IMG/VR virus record: IMGVR_UViG_3300028608_000006
Coordinates: 124,001-188,000 of that record
Length of the DNA: 64,000 bases
Reading direction: 5' to 3' (one strand)
Shown in pieces: positions 6,616 to 17,662 of the stretch (position 1 is its first letter; the number at the start of each line of letters is the position of its first letter). The notes under the pieces are model-generated. The model had not been told where the DNA came from and made no database searches. It saw only the letters and a program-made list of their open reading frames with translations. The position numbers were made by a program, and so were the translations under genes.

Positions 6616-9501
6616 TTAGAACACGTCGCGTTGGGTAAAGAACTGGTTAGGTCCGTTAGCACCATCGTCAGTGAAGCAAGGGATCGCTGTACCACGACGA
6701 GACGCACTAACAACGTGGTTACTCATCACCAGGTAATCCTTGCTTTGTTGCAGAACACCGTTGACCGCAATACCGAACATCACTTCGTTGTTTGCCACCT
6801 CACGACGAACCGAGGAAGCAACTACTTGAAGTACGTCACCCAAACGGATCAGGTAGCAGTATACCGTCCCGACTGTCCCGACCTTAAGCGCCAGCTCTTG
6901 ACCAATGAGGAACGCTTTACCGCCCAGCATGACACGGCCACCCGAAGGAAGACGAATCCAGCCAGCTTCATTGATGTTGAACTGATCGATCGAGGTCACC
7001 CCGTTGACTTCCAACATTCTGCACGTTAGCGCGGTGTTGGTAGGGTCGTACTGGTAGATACCCTTGTTAGGGATCTGGAGTGACGGGAGGAGTTCTTCCA
7101 CCAAATCGATCTGAGCCGTGCCCGCATACAGCCGAACAGGGTTAAGCTTGTTGGGGGCAAACACCGGGAAGGTGGATGTCTCGAAGCCTGTCACCGTGAA
7201 ACTCACATCACCGTAGTTGTCGCCGAAAGGACGAGTCGCCACGATGTTGAAGTTGTTCGGTGTAACCGATGCGATCTGCAAGTCAGCAAAGTTCATCCAG
7301 ACGTTATCACCCGAACCCGACTCACGGTTACCCGCAGCAACGGGACCGCTGGCCAACGTGATAGGTGTCAGTGCTACACCGTTGGTAGGCTTGAAGTCCA
7401 GCGTGATGATGTTGTTCGTCACCGCATAACGTGCCGATGCCGCTTCTGCATAGCTCACGCCATCAGAGATGATGACAATCACTTTGTTCAGCGACACTGC
7501 GAAGATCTGAATCTCAACCTTCCGCAACGAGTCCAACACACCCGGGTTCAACACTTTAGCCCGGTCCATCACGCCACGAGACACACCTTGAAGGCTGAGC
7601 ATGCTCGAGATGGCCACAGTAACGTCAGCCCCTACGCTCAATACCCCGTTCACGTAACTGATGCTGGCTTTGCCGATGTGGTTGTTGGTCCCCGTAAACG
7701 CCAGACCATTCATCCCCACGCCCACCGACGACTTGTACACAGCATTCACAACCGACTTCGGGAAAACCCCGAGGTTGGAGACTGGGCTGCTAACTTCCGG
7801 CAAACGAACGCCGAACACACCGTCACCCGTCTGAGTACTGATGATGGACGTATCGTTCCATGTCAGTCGAGACCACCCGAACAACCCTGTGGAAGGATTG
7901 AGACCGTAGACCAGATACTGCGTTTCCGCCGCGGTATGCAACACCGGGATGATACGCTCTGGCAATGGACCGAACGGACTATGACGACTTGGAGCAAACA
8001 CTTCAGTAGAAGCATCCGCCGGGTTGATCACCGGACGTTTAGCCGTCATCCAATCTTTCACACCCTCGTACTCGGTGCGGTAGCGCTTAACCCGCAGAGC
8101 CAACTTGGTGCTTCGTGCTTTAACGATCAACCCCGAGTTCAACACCGCGCCAGGAGACTGGGTAATGTTGTTCAAGTCAAATGGGTTGTTAACGGTAAAG
8201 TAGTCAGAGTCCACTACCGGTAACAGTTCAGCGTCCAAAGTATCCTTGACACGAGTGCCGAGGGTTTTGAAGATTGCCGAACCACCCGATCTCAATGTTC
8301 CCGGAGTGATGGACTCGGTAAACGACAGCACCAGCTTACTGGTCTTCGCGCCTTGTGTTACAATCAATGCAACACTGACATTCAGGTAAGCTTCGAAGTC
8401 AACCGCATTCCACACCAAGGTGGTGATCACATCAGGGCGAGATGGATCCGCCGCAATGGTAGCGCCAGCCGGCAGCGTGATGAAGTCAGTCAGGTTGTAG
8501 CTGTGAGACCCGTTAGCAGGTCCGGCCGACAACGTGTTACTGATACGATCGAACTGAGCGGTGTATGCGTTGGTGATGGTCTCCGTCAGACTAGGCGCTG
8601 TGTCAGCCGCGTTCGCATGGAAGAAACGGTGATTGATAGTAATGACACCACCTGCCAACGATGCCGTGATTCCCAGACCCTTATAAAGGGCGCTGTTGAA
8701 GTTGTTGTACAGCAGGTAGTTACGGTTACCCGCTGGCAACGGCAGAGTGGTGGCGAAGTTGTAGATCCTCCGATCGCCCAATGGACGGAAGAAAGCCACC
8801 TTACCGTCAACTGTATCCCCGCCTGTCATGTTCCAGTTGGTCCCAACGTAGCGAGAAACCAAGTTGGTGATTTCGCTAAGACGAGCACGGGACAAACCTT
8901 TCAGTGGCAACCCCACAAACATGAGCTGTTTGCTGTAGTACGGGTTATCCGACTGAGGGGAGTAAATCAAACGATCCCCGTTGATCAGAATTGGGACACG
9001 ACCGTTGGACACCAAGAAACGACTTGGTTCCGGTGTAGCCGGAGGAGTCGTCTCGTAGTCGTCCGGGTAGTAGTACGACGCGAACTGGAATACACCATTA
9101 CGCTGATACAGGTCCAAATCGAACTCACCGGTGTTAGCGTCCAGCGCGGCTTTGGCCCCAGCAGGCGTTACAAAGGCGTTCACGTTGGCGTAGCTAGAAG
9201 CCTCAGCCGGTGTGGCGGGTCGGAAGTTATCCTTCTTACTGAGCCCCACAGTGGCTTTGGTTTCGCCGTGCACCGCACCCCGTTTAGCGATGTGGGTGTC
9301 GATCGGAGTAACCGTGGCATTAATGAACGCCGTTACATGGGTGTCCAGTGCCGCGATCTTTTCTGCCACGTTCTTGTTGAACTGGGTTTGCCGATCCTCT
9401 TTCTCAACCGCCATCTCGTTGAGCTTCTGGATCACTGACCCGAAGGCCGGTTCCGGCACCTCTACGAAAGGAGGTTCTGCTATAGGCCTGACAATAATCA
9501 T
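6616..9501 (-). CDS. Large tail/baseplate-associated virion protein (tail paralogue family)
   Basis: Likely start MIIVRP (ATG 9501, SD GGAG). Has the HGETKATVGLSKKDNF fibre-type motif and a C-terminal module (EAGWIRL...) shared with the two neighbouring paralogues. Confidence 0.7.
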   Translation of the reverse strand: MIIVRPIAEPPFVEVPEPAFGSVIQKLNEMAVEKEDRQTQFNKNVAEKIAALDTHVTAFINATVTPIDTHIAKRGAVHGETKATVGLSKKDNFRPATPAEASSYANVNAFVTPAGAKAALDANTGEFDLDLYQRNGVFQFASYYYPDDYETTPPATPEPSRFLVSNGRVPILINGDRLIYSPQSDNPYYSKQLMFVGLPLKGLSRARLSEITNLVSRYVGTNWNMTGGDTVDGKVAFFRPLGDRRIYNFATTLPLPAGNRNYLLYNNFNSALYKGLGITASLAGGVITINHRFFHANAADTAPSLTETITNAYTAQFDRISNTLSAGPANGSHSYNLTDFITLPAGATIAADPSRPDVITTLVWNAVDFEAYLNVSVALIVTQGAKTSKLVLSFTESITPGTLRSGGSAIFKTLGTRVKDTLDAELLPVVDSDYFTVNNPFDLNNITQSPGAVLNSGLIVKARSTKLALRVKRYRTEYEGVKDWMTAKRPVINPADASTEVFAPSRHSPFGPLPERIIPVLHTAAETQYLVYGLNPSTGLFGWSRLTWNDTSIISTQTGDGVFGVRLPEVSSPVSNLGVFPKSVVNAVYKSSVGVGMNGLAFTGTNNHIGKASISYVNGVLSVGADVTVAISSMLSLQGVSRGVMDRAKVLNPGVLDSLRKVEIQIFAVSLNKVIVIISDGVSYAEAASARYAVTNNIITLDFKPTNGVALTPITLASGPVAAGNRESGSGDNVWMNFADLQIASVTPNNFNIVATRPFGDNYGDVSFTVTGFETSTFPVFAPNKLNPVRLYAGTAQIDLVEELLPSLQIPNKGIYQYDPTNTALTCRMLEVNGVTSIDQFNINEAGWIRLPSGGRVMLGGKAFLIGQELALKVGTVGTVYCYLIRLGDVLQVVASSVRREVANNEVMFGIAVNGVLQQSKDYLVMSNHVVSASRRGTAIPCFTDDGANGPNQFFTQRDVF

Positions 9502-9562
9502 AGCGCTACTCCGTGTTGAATGTGGAGAGACCAAGGGGGATTGCTCCCCCGTGACCTATTTG

Positions 9563-12500
9563 TTACGGCAACAGCTCCGCTGCCCGCAGGAAGACGAATG
9601 TACCCGCGTCCTGTGGCAGACCGGTGCTGATTGGAATGATACCGCCCTCACGTGTGTAGCTGAGGAGGTACTGACCGACCATCAAAGGTTGGTGACGAGT
9701 GATCGAGAGGATCTGTTGACCGTTCGTCACGATCGTTGCCGCTTTCAGCAGGTTGCCCGACTTACGCAGTTTGGTTAGGGTCACCAGGTATTTAGGCTGG
9801 TCATCTTCCACCGTTGCGTAAATGTAGAACGTTTTGTTTTGTGGGGCAGGGTCGATGTCACGCAGATCAATGGAACCACCCGGCATAGCGTACGCCGTAC
9901 CATTCACCATCATCCGGATGTTGTCTTGCAGGAAGAGAACCCAACCTGTTTCCGGATAAGCCGATCCAAGCATGTAGTAGTCAATGCTCGTGTCAGCATT
10001 GGTCTTCTTCACGATTGCCGCAGCTCCCCCGGTGTTAACGTAAGGCTGAGGGTTGGCGGGGCTGATTGTGGTGTTGTCAGGCGTTGTTCCGCCTAGGGTA
10101 ACGTCAAGCATACCCACCTTAGGGATCATGGTCACTATGTCGCCGTACCCCCAGCTAGCATTGCCCCCGTAGACACCCGTCACTTTGTTAGTGGCGAGAT
10201 CAACATCAAACAGGCAAAGCTGCTTGGTGTTAATGGTGCCCGTCGTTACCGTCGAGTACGGAGCCAGCACGTAGACTTTCAGCTTGGTGCCGTCGCGATA
10301 GATCGACACGATGGACTTGGGTTTGGTCCCGCCGTTAACCAGCAGGTTGGTCTCACCCATCTTCACGTTGACCGCCGTACGGACATGCGGAGGCGCATCC
10401 AGCACCGTGATATCTTTGATCCAGTGCACCCCAGGGTGATCGGCGTTAGGCGCTTCCACCACCGGGGTGAACAGAACCACCTGAGTCCGCGTCTGAGACG
10501 CATCGGCGTCAAAGAAGTAGATCAGAGCCAGACCAACGTTGAGACCCTTGAACATCCCACCCGATTCGTTCCCCAAGATATTAAAGCTGAAAGCCCAGTA
10601 CTTGGTGTTTTGGAATTCAGCAGGGATCATCGCTTTAAGCTTGTCGATGATGTTCTGACGAATGCCGTAGAACGTGTCAGCCGCATACGTGGCCTTCTTC
10701 AGCCCGTTATCCAGCGTCCGAGTCACCGTCCGTGGAAATGACAGCAGCACATTATTTCCCGCCGGAGCCCTCAGCACGTTTGTGCGCGGAAGCGTCTGAC
10801 TTGCAGTAACGTAAGACGACCATGCACACGCACTGAAACTAGTGCTCCCACATTCCACTCCACCAGCCGTCAGCTCCGCCGCCGTACCGGTTATCCCGAT
10901 GACGATGTCGCTATGCGGAAGGTTGGTTTCATAGACGGTGTTCGAGAGAGGTCGGGTCTTCAGATCAGGCAGGTTCAAGTTCGTAATTCCCGGCCGCACC
11001 TGATACCCGCCCGAGACAAGCCGGAGGTACATCTTCCGGTTACCCGACTTCATGTCCTCCGCCCCGTACAACTCCCCATCCGGCTCATACGTCATGGCAG
11101 CTGGATAGGTGCCGCTGAGGATAGGAGAAGACAGCACTGGGTTCAATACACGACGAAAAGTCAGTGGTGAATCAGTGACCTTCATGGAACCGGACAAGAC
11201 CTGTGCTGCTGAGGGTTTGTCTTTCCAGCGTGTTACTTCAACAACGGTCGGGAAGGCGTTACCATCCGCAATCGTACCCGTTACGAGGTCGCCGTTATCC
11301 AGCATCACAGTACCACACTGCGTCGCTTGGAACGTAGAGTTGTAAAGGTATCCGTAATGCAGGTCCATGTACTGCGCACGTTCTGTAGCTGTGGTATCCG
11401 TGAACCCAACGCTGATGGGAGGAGCCTTATTGATTTGAGTCAACACGCCAGTGGCCGGATTGATCTCATACCCGATAGTGCTGATCAGACGAAGGTTGAT
11501 GTTCTCCCCTACGTCGGAGTAGAGCACGACGTACCCCATGATCAATTGCAGGTAACTGACAGCGTTATTCCCTGGCTTAGGGCAAGAGATCGTTAAAGAC
11601 CGCCCGCTCTTAGTCATGGAGGTAACACCCTGACGGAATGTCCAAGGACCGGTTTTAATGATCTTGTTGGCACCATCCCGAACGATCGGGTTAGGAACCA
11701 GCGAATCAGCCGCCGTAAACAAGGTTCCGTTCCAGTCAGTATAGGTAACCTTGAGTGGTTGCCAAGTAACTGGCAGGCCAGCCTGTACGTCAGCAACTGG
11801 AACCCGGAAGAACGCGTAGGCATCTGTGTAAGCTGCCCCGAAGTTCTGAACCAACACTAGGTAATCGCCCATGTGGTGAATCATCGCCCGGCTTTGACTG
11901 TTGTACGGGACATTACTGAACAGTTTGTTTACTTCGACCATGTTGCATTTAACGAAACGGTGAGCCGATGGGTCAAACGTAGCGTTGGTCAGGCACAGGT
12001 ACCAATCTGTCGAACTCGGGCGTCCGACCATCAGCACTTTGTGGTTACTACCACCCATGATCAGTGTCGGGTTAACCCCGATAGACGACAGCGATGGCGG
12101 AGCGTACTTAAAGCCGGTGTAGATGATCTTGCCACCTGGTTGGTCATAGTTCTCTACGTACGAATAGTAGAGACCTTCCTGACGACCATCGAAGTGGTTG
12201 GAGAGCATCATGAGAAGTCCGTTGTTCTCTAGGCAGAAACCAGCGGTCTCAAAGGTGGCACCCAAACCTTCAAACGAACCATCGATGTTCGGCGGGATAT
12301 AACTGTCGCCGGCAAAACGGCTAACCGGCATGATACCCTGATACATTGCGGCATCAGTATCCGGCTTGTACGTCTTCGCCAGCTCAGCCACACCGAATGG
12401 CGTACTGAACGCATCACCCCGTACACCCGCCAGTTCTTCCGCCAATGTAGCAGTGGGGTAGTTGGCGTGGTTACCGAGGAGGATGTCGAACTTGGTGGTG

Positions 12501-13150
12501 CCATGCGGAACGCTGTAGTTCTCATCGTGAGCTTTCAGCTGGGCCAGACGGGTTACCTTTGCGGCCTTCAATCGATCGAACGCACGACGCGCCGCCGCAC
12601 TGACCTTGTTGTTGGCTTCCGGGTCACGGGTCAGAGAGACCTTACCCAGATAGATGAAGAACCACGTCAGCTCGTACCAGTCCGAGATCTCGGTCTTGAT
12701 ACCGTGCATGTGCAGCGAAGGCGGTAGGGTTGGAGGAACGTCGAACACCTTGGACCAAGTCAACGGACGAACACCGTTCTTGATCTTGTCCATCCAAGCT
12801 TCGAGGTCGTTACGGGGAACGAAGTAGGCGCCAATGCTCTGATAGTCAATCTTGATCTGAGTGTTGGCGTCCAGAATGTTTTGAGGCAGCCGAATGAACG
12901 TCTTGATCGACCGACCCGTTACTTCACAGAAGGGAACGAACTCTTCTTCGAGGAAGTAGTCACGGTTCAACTTCATGACCGCGCCACTTTGGTTGTAGAC
13001 GGTTACTTTGGCGGGTTCAGCGAAGAAGGGCGAACCATTTGGAATAACCCACTGACAAGTTTTGTCGGTGAGCTTAACGATTTCCCCGACAATAGTGTTG
13101 ACGGGTTCAGTGCCATGAATGTCAAACTTTACCAGTCTGATAGGTTCCAT
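9563..13150 (-). CDS. Large tail virion protein (phiKZ gp145/146-like)
   Basis: 1195 aa. Motifs W..V..VPPTLPPSLHMH, HGTTKFDILLGNHAN, PPNIDGSFEG, and C-terminal YPETGW...GSIDLRDID. Confidence 0.75.
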   Translation of the reverse strand: MEPIRLVKFDIHGTEPVNTIVGEIVKLTDKTCQWVIPNGSPFFAEPAKVTVYNQSGAVMKLNRDYFLEEEFVPFCEVTGRSIKTFIRLPQNILDANTQIKIDYQSIGAYFVPRNDLEAWMDKIKNGVRPLTWSKVFDVPPTLPPSLHMHGIKTEISDWYELTWFFIYLGKVSLTRDPEANNKVSAAARRAFDRLKAAKVTRLAQLKAHDENYSVPHGTTKFDILLGNHANYPTATLAEELAGVRGDAFSTPFGVAELAKTYKPDTDAAMYQGIMPVSRFAGDSYIPPNIDGSFEGLGATFETAGFCLENNGLLMMLSNHFDGRQEGLYYSYVENYDQPGGKIIYTGFKYAPPSLSSIGVNPTLIMGGSNHKVLMVGRPSSTDWYLCLTNATFDPSAHRFVKCNMVEVNKLFSNVPYNSQSRAMIHHMGDYLVLVQNFGAAYTDAYAFFRVPVADVQAGLPVTWQPLKVTYTDWNGTLFTAADSLVPNPIVRDGANKIIKTGPWTFRQGVTSMTKSGRSLTISCPKPGNNAVSYLQLIMGYVVLYSDVGENINLRLISTIGYEINPATGVLTQINKAPPISVGFTDTTATERAQYMDLHYGYLYNSTFQATQCGTVMLDNGDLVTGTIADGNAFPTVVEVTRWKDKPSAAQVLSGSMKVTDSPLTFRRVLNPVLSSPILSGTYPAAMTYEPDGELYGAEDMKSGNRKMYLRLVSGGYQVRPGITNLNLPDLKTRPLSNTVYETNLPHSDIVIGITGTAAELTAGGVECGSTSFSACAWSSYVTASQTLPRTNVLRAPAGNNVLLSFPRTVTRTLDNGLKKATYAADTFYGIRQNIIDKLKAMIPAEFQNTKYWAFSFNILGNESGGMFKGLNVGLALIYFFDADASQTRTQVVLFTPVVEAPNADHPGVHWIKDITVLDAPPHVRTAVNVKMGETNLLVNGGTKPKSIVSIYRDGTKLKVYVLAPYSTVTTGTINTKQLCLFDVDLATNKVTGVYGGNASWGYGDIVTMIPKVGMLDVTLGGTTPDNTTISPANPQPYVNTGGAAAIVKKTNADTSIDYYMLGSAYPETGWVLFLQDNIRMMVNGTAYAMPGGSIDLRDIDPAPQNKTFYIYATVEDDQPKYLVTLTKLRKSGNLLKAATIVTNGQQILSITRHQPLMVGQYLLSYTREGGIIPISTGLPQDAGTFVFLRAAELLP

Positions 13151-13160
13151 TGCGTTAGCC

Positions 13161-13202
13161 TTTTAAAAGAGAGAGGAGGAGGGGTTCACCCTGCCTCCTC
13201 TC
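13161..13202 (-). terminator. Hairpin followed by a U-rich tract, between tandem tail genes
   Basis: Arms gagaggaggaggg and ccctgcctcctctc (one bulge); minus strand continues TCTTTTAAAA. Confidence 0.6.
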
Positions 13203-13216
13203 CAACACGTTGTTGT

Positions 13217-16200
13217 TTAAGGGAGAAGCTCACCAGCCGTTAGCCAAGGGATCTGACCTTCGGTGTTCGCCAGACCAGAGGCCGCCGGGATACTGTTACC
13301 CCGTTTAGTCTCGGTTACCCGGTGACCATCCAGAGCAAACACGTTAAACCGCTCGATGGTTAAGATCTGACGGTCGTTCGTTACCGCCGTTCCCACCCAC
13401 AGTTGATAGTTGGTCTCCAACCGCTTGTCACGGGAAACCTCATACACCGGAATGCCGTTATCCAGCTTGGCATAGATGTAGAAGGTCTTCCATTGTGGAT
13501 TCGCATCGATATCCCGCAAGTCGATTGAACCCAACGGTAGCACGTACAGCGTGCCGTTGAAGATGACGTTGATGTCCGTCTTGAAGAAGATCACCCAGCC
13601 GACTTCAGGATACACCGACCCAACCAAGGCGTTGTTAGCGATACCCTCCGAGATAGTAGCAGCACCACCCGTTGACAAGTCCCAACCCCGCATCACCTGA
13701 ATCCCGTTATCCGGGCTCATCATGATACCACCACCCCGACTGGTGTGCTCCACATACGTTTCGTAGTTCCAGGCGTGCGAAGCGGTACGGTCGTTGATGG
13801 TGAAGGTATGGTCCAGAGAGTAGGCGTCACCAGGAACCTGTGCCATCACACCTGTGCCGTGATACACCGTCAGCTTGTTGCCTTCGAGGTAGTACTGAAC
13901 GCGCATCGGACCGTGGGTGGTTTGCGGAGTTTCCCACTGGATCCCGTTACCGAAGATCCGCAGGATGTTAACCCCGGCACTTGGTTTCCGCACATGCACC
14001 TTGTTGATCACAGTGAACCCAGTGACCACGTAACGACCGCCGCTGGTCGTGTAAGTAGGCTGGATCGTCATGAACGTGTGGAACAAGGTGGTCTGGTCTG
14101 GTGTGCCGTCAGCATCGGTGTACTGAATAGACACGGTCACCGGTAGCCAACCAAACTTCGCAGGTAGGTTGGAGAACGTAGGATCACACACCGTCACATG
14201 ACGAGCACGACCACGGTTCATGATGGCCGGATATTCCACCTGAGCTTTCAGTGCCTCAACAATCCACTCTTGGTACAAGAGTTCCAACGTCGGAACAATG
14301 GTAATCGTACCATCTGGTTCAGTGCGACGAGTGTGCTGTTGAACAAGGATGATATCCCCGGCCGCTACACCACCAGGCCATGCGGTACCCTTCATCTCGC
14401 GGTCAAAACTCTTCTTCTGTGAGTTAACACAGAATTGAGATTCACCCACATCCACACCGTACGTACTGAGATAAGCCGACGGCACCACCACTGTTGCTCC
14501 GCCCAAACCGAACGGTGCATTCACCTTGCGGATGTTGTTGGTCAGTGGACGAGAAACAATGTTGCTCATGAACAAGTTCTGAATGTCCGACCGATAAGCG
14601 AAACGCCCCGATACAGTCTTCCAGTACAGTTCGAGCTGCGTTGCGATGGTTCGGTGAGCAGCAATGTAGAACTCACCACCTGGGTTGTACAGCAATGCCC
14701 GCGGGTTAATCCCCGACTCTGTTGGTGTTGTTACCGTTTCCGGAATCAAACCAGCGTAATAACCGAAAGGGAGTTCGGACCCGTTGCCCCAGAACTTGTT
14801 CACTGTAGCAAAGCGGGTGTTGGTGGTGGCGATCTTGCAGGTGAACGCCGCACGTGGATAACCTGTAAACCCGTAAGCGCCGGCCGACACAATCCGCCCA
14901 TCATCCAAGATGTTACCACCTTGCGCCTGATAGAAGTACACCTGATAGGACATGCTGGATGCGTGACGATACTGAGCCGGGATGATGTTGCCGTTACCCA
15001 GCCCGAAGTTAGCATTCCATGCCGCCGTCCGGTGTTTGTAGCTGAACACACCCGTATTCGGGTTGAAGTCGTAGTTCAGCTCCTGCATGTAGTCGATTGC
15101 GGCGTTCACCGTTTCACTGACGTAAGCGAAGTAATGCGCACCCAGAAACTTCACAGCATAGCTGTTAGGATTGTTGGGGTTCTGCGCTACGTGGGTGATC
15201 AGGCTCCGATACAGCCCGATGGCGTTGTTACAGGGATAAGGCGAGAATGTCAGGATAGCTTTTGTTTGATGACCGTTGCCGTCAACTACCGGCTGGTACC
15301 AGCGGAAATACGGACTGTTGTTCCACTGCAAGCCATCCGCGTCCAAGAAGGAAACGTTCTGTCGAACAGGAGTCACATCAATCTGTGCTTTGATGCTGGA
15401 GATTGGTACTCGGAAGAAAAACTTATAACGCAAATCCGAAAACTGGTTCCATGTATCTGACGGCACGCCTGTGGAAGCTGACAGGATCACGTAGACCCAA
15501 TCACCCATCACGGCAACACTGATCAAGTTGAACAGTTCCGTCACGGTGTGTGCGCCAGGGTTCGTCGAGATCGCATCGACCAAAGGCCGCAGGTTGATCT
15601 TCGAGTAAACGTGCTTTGCCGGGTCCAAAGAACCGTTGGTCATCCCGATGTAGAAGATGTCCTTAAAGCTGTCGCCCACCAGAATGCATTCGTTACCGCT
15701 ACCCTGCGCAATACGGTCAACGCTGGCATTGTCCGGGTCAAAACGAGGGTGCTCGTATTTAAAGCCAGTGTACGTCAACAAGGCGCTTCGTTCTTCAGGA
15801 TCCGTAAGAACAGAGAAGTACAGACCACGGGTACGACCGTCCATGCGGTTCCACAGCACAGTGATCGAACCGTCGCTCTCCAAGCACATGCCTGCGGTTT
15901 CGATCACACCCCCGATGCCTTCAAACGAACCGTCAATGTTGGGAGGAATGAAGTTGGTGTTACCGAATTGAGCCACCGGGAGCATCTTCGCTTCCAAGAA
16001 CTCGTCAGCGTTGAAGCCATGGTACTCGATGATGCTCTTCAGCTCTTGAGGACGCAGGTGCATGTCCTGACGCGCTTGCAGGATGTTGGCTGGTGTTGCA
16101 GTGGCGAAGTTGTCCACCTTGTCCAGCTGCACGTCCAGTGCGGTCAAACCGTGGGCGTCGTACGACTCAGAGTGACGAACCAGGAACTGATCCAGCATGT

Positions 16201-16792
16201 TGCCGTAGACACCGATGTACCAGTCGACCAACTCCATGAAGTGGGTCAGACGACGTTCGATGATGTCCAAGCCCTGTTGTTCGATCAACACTTGCAGCTC
16301 GCTCAGGAAGTCGATCGTGTCTTGGAAGGCAACGATGTCGTAGAGTACGCTGTGGGTGTGCAGGGTTGGCGGAAATACCGAAGGCTTGTTGGACAGGTTC
16401 TCCCAGTACACAGGACGGTCGTCATTAATAGCGTCAATGATCAACGCCATCATGGTGCTGTCGAGCAGAGGGAATTCCCCAAGGACGTGGTAAGAGAGGG
16501 TCCCTTCGGTGATCTCTGGTTTCTTGAGAGTCACCAGACACGCCACTGGTTTACCTACCAGTTCCGTCAGGCGCGGCATGATTCGGAAGATCTCGTAGTC
16601 TTCGTTCAAGATCATGGGCTCGCCGTTGGGGTGTTTCAGTTTCAAGCTTTCTACAAAGAACGGTGAATGACGAGGCACGATGACACGAGTAAACACACCG
16701 GCAGCCACAGAGAACGGTTCGTCGTAGATCTCGTTCTCTGGGTTGCTACGGTTGATATCGGTCCTGTATTCCTGAACAATGGGGAATTGCAT
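13217..16792 (-). CDS. Large tail virion protein (phiKZ gp145/146-like), paralogue of 9563..13150
   Basis: 1191 aa. Motifs WENLSNKPSVFPPTLHTH, HGLTALDVQLDKVDN, PPNIDGSFEG, and YPEVGW...GSIDLRDID. Confidence 0.75.
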   Translation of the reverse strand: MQFPIVQEYRTDINRSNPENEIYDEPFSVAAGVFTRVIVPRHSPFFVESLKLKHPNGEPMILNEDYEIFRIMPRLTELVGKPVACLVTLKKPEITEGTLSYHVLGEFPLLDSTMMALIIDAINDDRPVYWENLSNKPSVFPPTLHTHSVLYDIVAFQDTIDFLSELQVLIEQQGLDIIERRLTHFMELVDWYIGVYGNMLDQFLVRHSESYDAHGLTALDVQLDKVDNFATATPANILQARQDMHLRPQELKSIIEYHGFNADEFLEAKMLPVAQFGNTNFIPPNIDGSFEGIGGVIETAGMCLESDGSITVLWNRMDGRTRGLYFSVLTDPEERSALLTYTGFKYEHPRFDPDNASVDRIAQGSGNECILVGDSFKDIFYIGMTNGSLDPAKHVYSKINLRPLVDAISTNPGAHTVTELFNLISVAVMGDWVYVILSASTGVPSDTWNQFSDLRYKFFFRVPISSIKAQIDVTPVRQNVSFLDADGLQWNNSPYFRWYQPVVDGNGHQTKAILTFSPYPCNNAIGLYRSLITHVAQNPNNPNSYAVKFLGAHYFAYVSETVNAAIDYMQELNYDFNPNTGVFSYKHRTAAWNANFGLGNGNIIPAQYRHASSMSYQVYFYQAQGGNILDDGRIVSAGAYGFTGYPRAAFTCKIATTNTRFATVNKFWGNGSELPFGYYAGLIPETVTTPTESGINPRALLYNPGGEFYIAAHRTIATQLELYWKTVSGRFAYRSDIQNLFMSNIVSRPLTNNIRKVNAPFGLGGATVVVPSAYLSTYGVDVGESQFCVNSQKKSFDREMKGTAWPGGVAAGDIILVQQHTRRTEPDGTITIVPTLELLYQEWIVEALKAQVEYPAIMNRGRARHVTVCDPTFSNLPAKFGWLPVTVSIQYTDADGTPDQTTLFHTFMTIQPTYTTSGGRYVVTGFTVINKVHVRKPSAGVNILRIFGNGIQWETPQTTHGPMRVQYYLEGNKLTVYHGTGVMAQVPGDAYSLDHTFTINDRTASHAWNYETYVEHTSRGGGIMMSPDNGIQVMRGWDLSTGGAATISEGIANNALVGSVYPEVGWVIFFKTDINVIFNGTLYVLPLGSIDLRDIDANPQWKTFYIYAKLDNGIPVYEVSRDKRLETNYQLWVGTAVTNDRQILTIERFNVFALDGHRVTETKRGNSIPAASGLANTEGQIPWLTAGELLP

Positions 16793-16803
16793 ACCTAAAC
16801 CTC

Positions 16804-17541
16804 TTAATCGATTTTCAGTGTGCCCGCGACAAGCTTACGGAACGCTTCCTTGAGGACGGCCATGGTGATGTACTTGTTACCGCTGGCGCCTTCGAGGTCG
16901 GCGTTAGTGGCAGGGCCAATGTTCTCCACCAAGTCGAGACCGATGTCTTCGGCACTACCCATGTGGGCTTCGATGAGTGGAGCAGCCATGTGCTCTTCCA
17001 GCAGTGCTTTAACTGTCAGGCCTTGGCTCTGGTCAGTGATTGCCAGCACAAGGCTGCGCAGGCTAACCATCATTTCCAGGTAGTCGTAAGTCTGGGTCGC
17101 AGGGTGAGTGTGTGGGTCGCTTGGGAACTCGGTCGGTACTTGAACCAAGTCTTCCCAGTTAGCCACACGCGGGCTGTTGATGATGTTGGCAACCAAGGTG
17201 GCAAACGCGATTTGATCCAATACAAAAGGACCACCAATGGTGCTGTAGTCGGCCTTCAGCACTTCGTTCGGCAACGGCTTGAGCATGATCACCGAACCGA
17301 AGCAATTGCGCTTGTAGCCCGTGATGAAGCGGTCGAAAGTATGACCGAACACGTAGTCAACGCCGAATACCAACGGGGTTGCAGTGCCCTGACGCCACAG
17401 CTTGAAGTTCTTGCCGAAGAAGGGTGCAGCACGCGGTACCCACTCAACACGAGTAGTGATGCCAGCGGTTTTGATTACTTCTTGTTTGATGTCGTTGTCA
17501 ACACGTTCTTGAAAGGGGTTCCAAAGATAAGTGATAGCCAT
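16804..17541 (-). CDS. Virion structural protein made of only the N-terminal module of the tail paralogues
   Basis: 245 aa. VPRAAPFF, WEDLVQVPTEFPSDPHTH and HMGSAEDIGLDLVEN match the N-termini of the 1191- and 1195-aa proteins. Confidence 0.7.
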   Translation of the reverse strand: MAITYLWNPFQERVDNDIKQEVIKTAGITTRVEWVPRAAPFFGKNFKLWRQGTATPLVFGVDYVFGHTFDRFITGYKRNCFGSVIMLKPLPNEVLKADYSTIGGPFVLDQIAFATLVANIINSPRVANWEDLVQVPTEFPSDPHTHPATQTYDYLEMMVSLRSLVLAITDQSQGLTVKALLEEHMAAPLIEAHMGSAEDIGLDLVENIGPATNADLEGASGNKYITMAVLKEAFRKLVAGTLKID

Positions 17542-17662
17542 TTAAAGCACTCCTAGTGGGGATCCTGGGGAATATCTTATGACCTGCACCCCATAGTGAT
17601 AACGGCATCTATACAGTCTTTATAGGGCCGAATTTTCATAGAATCGTAAGGAGTTTGCCCCT

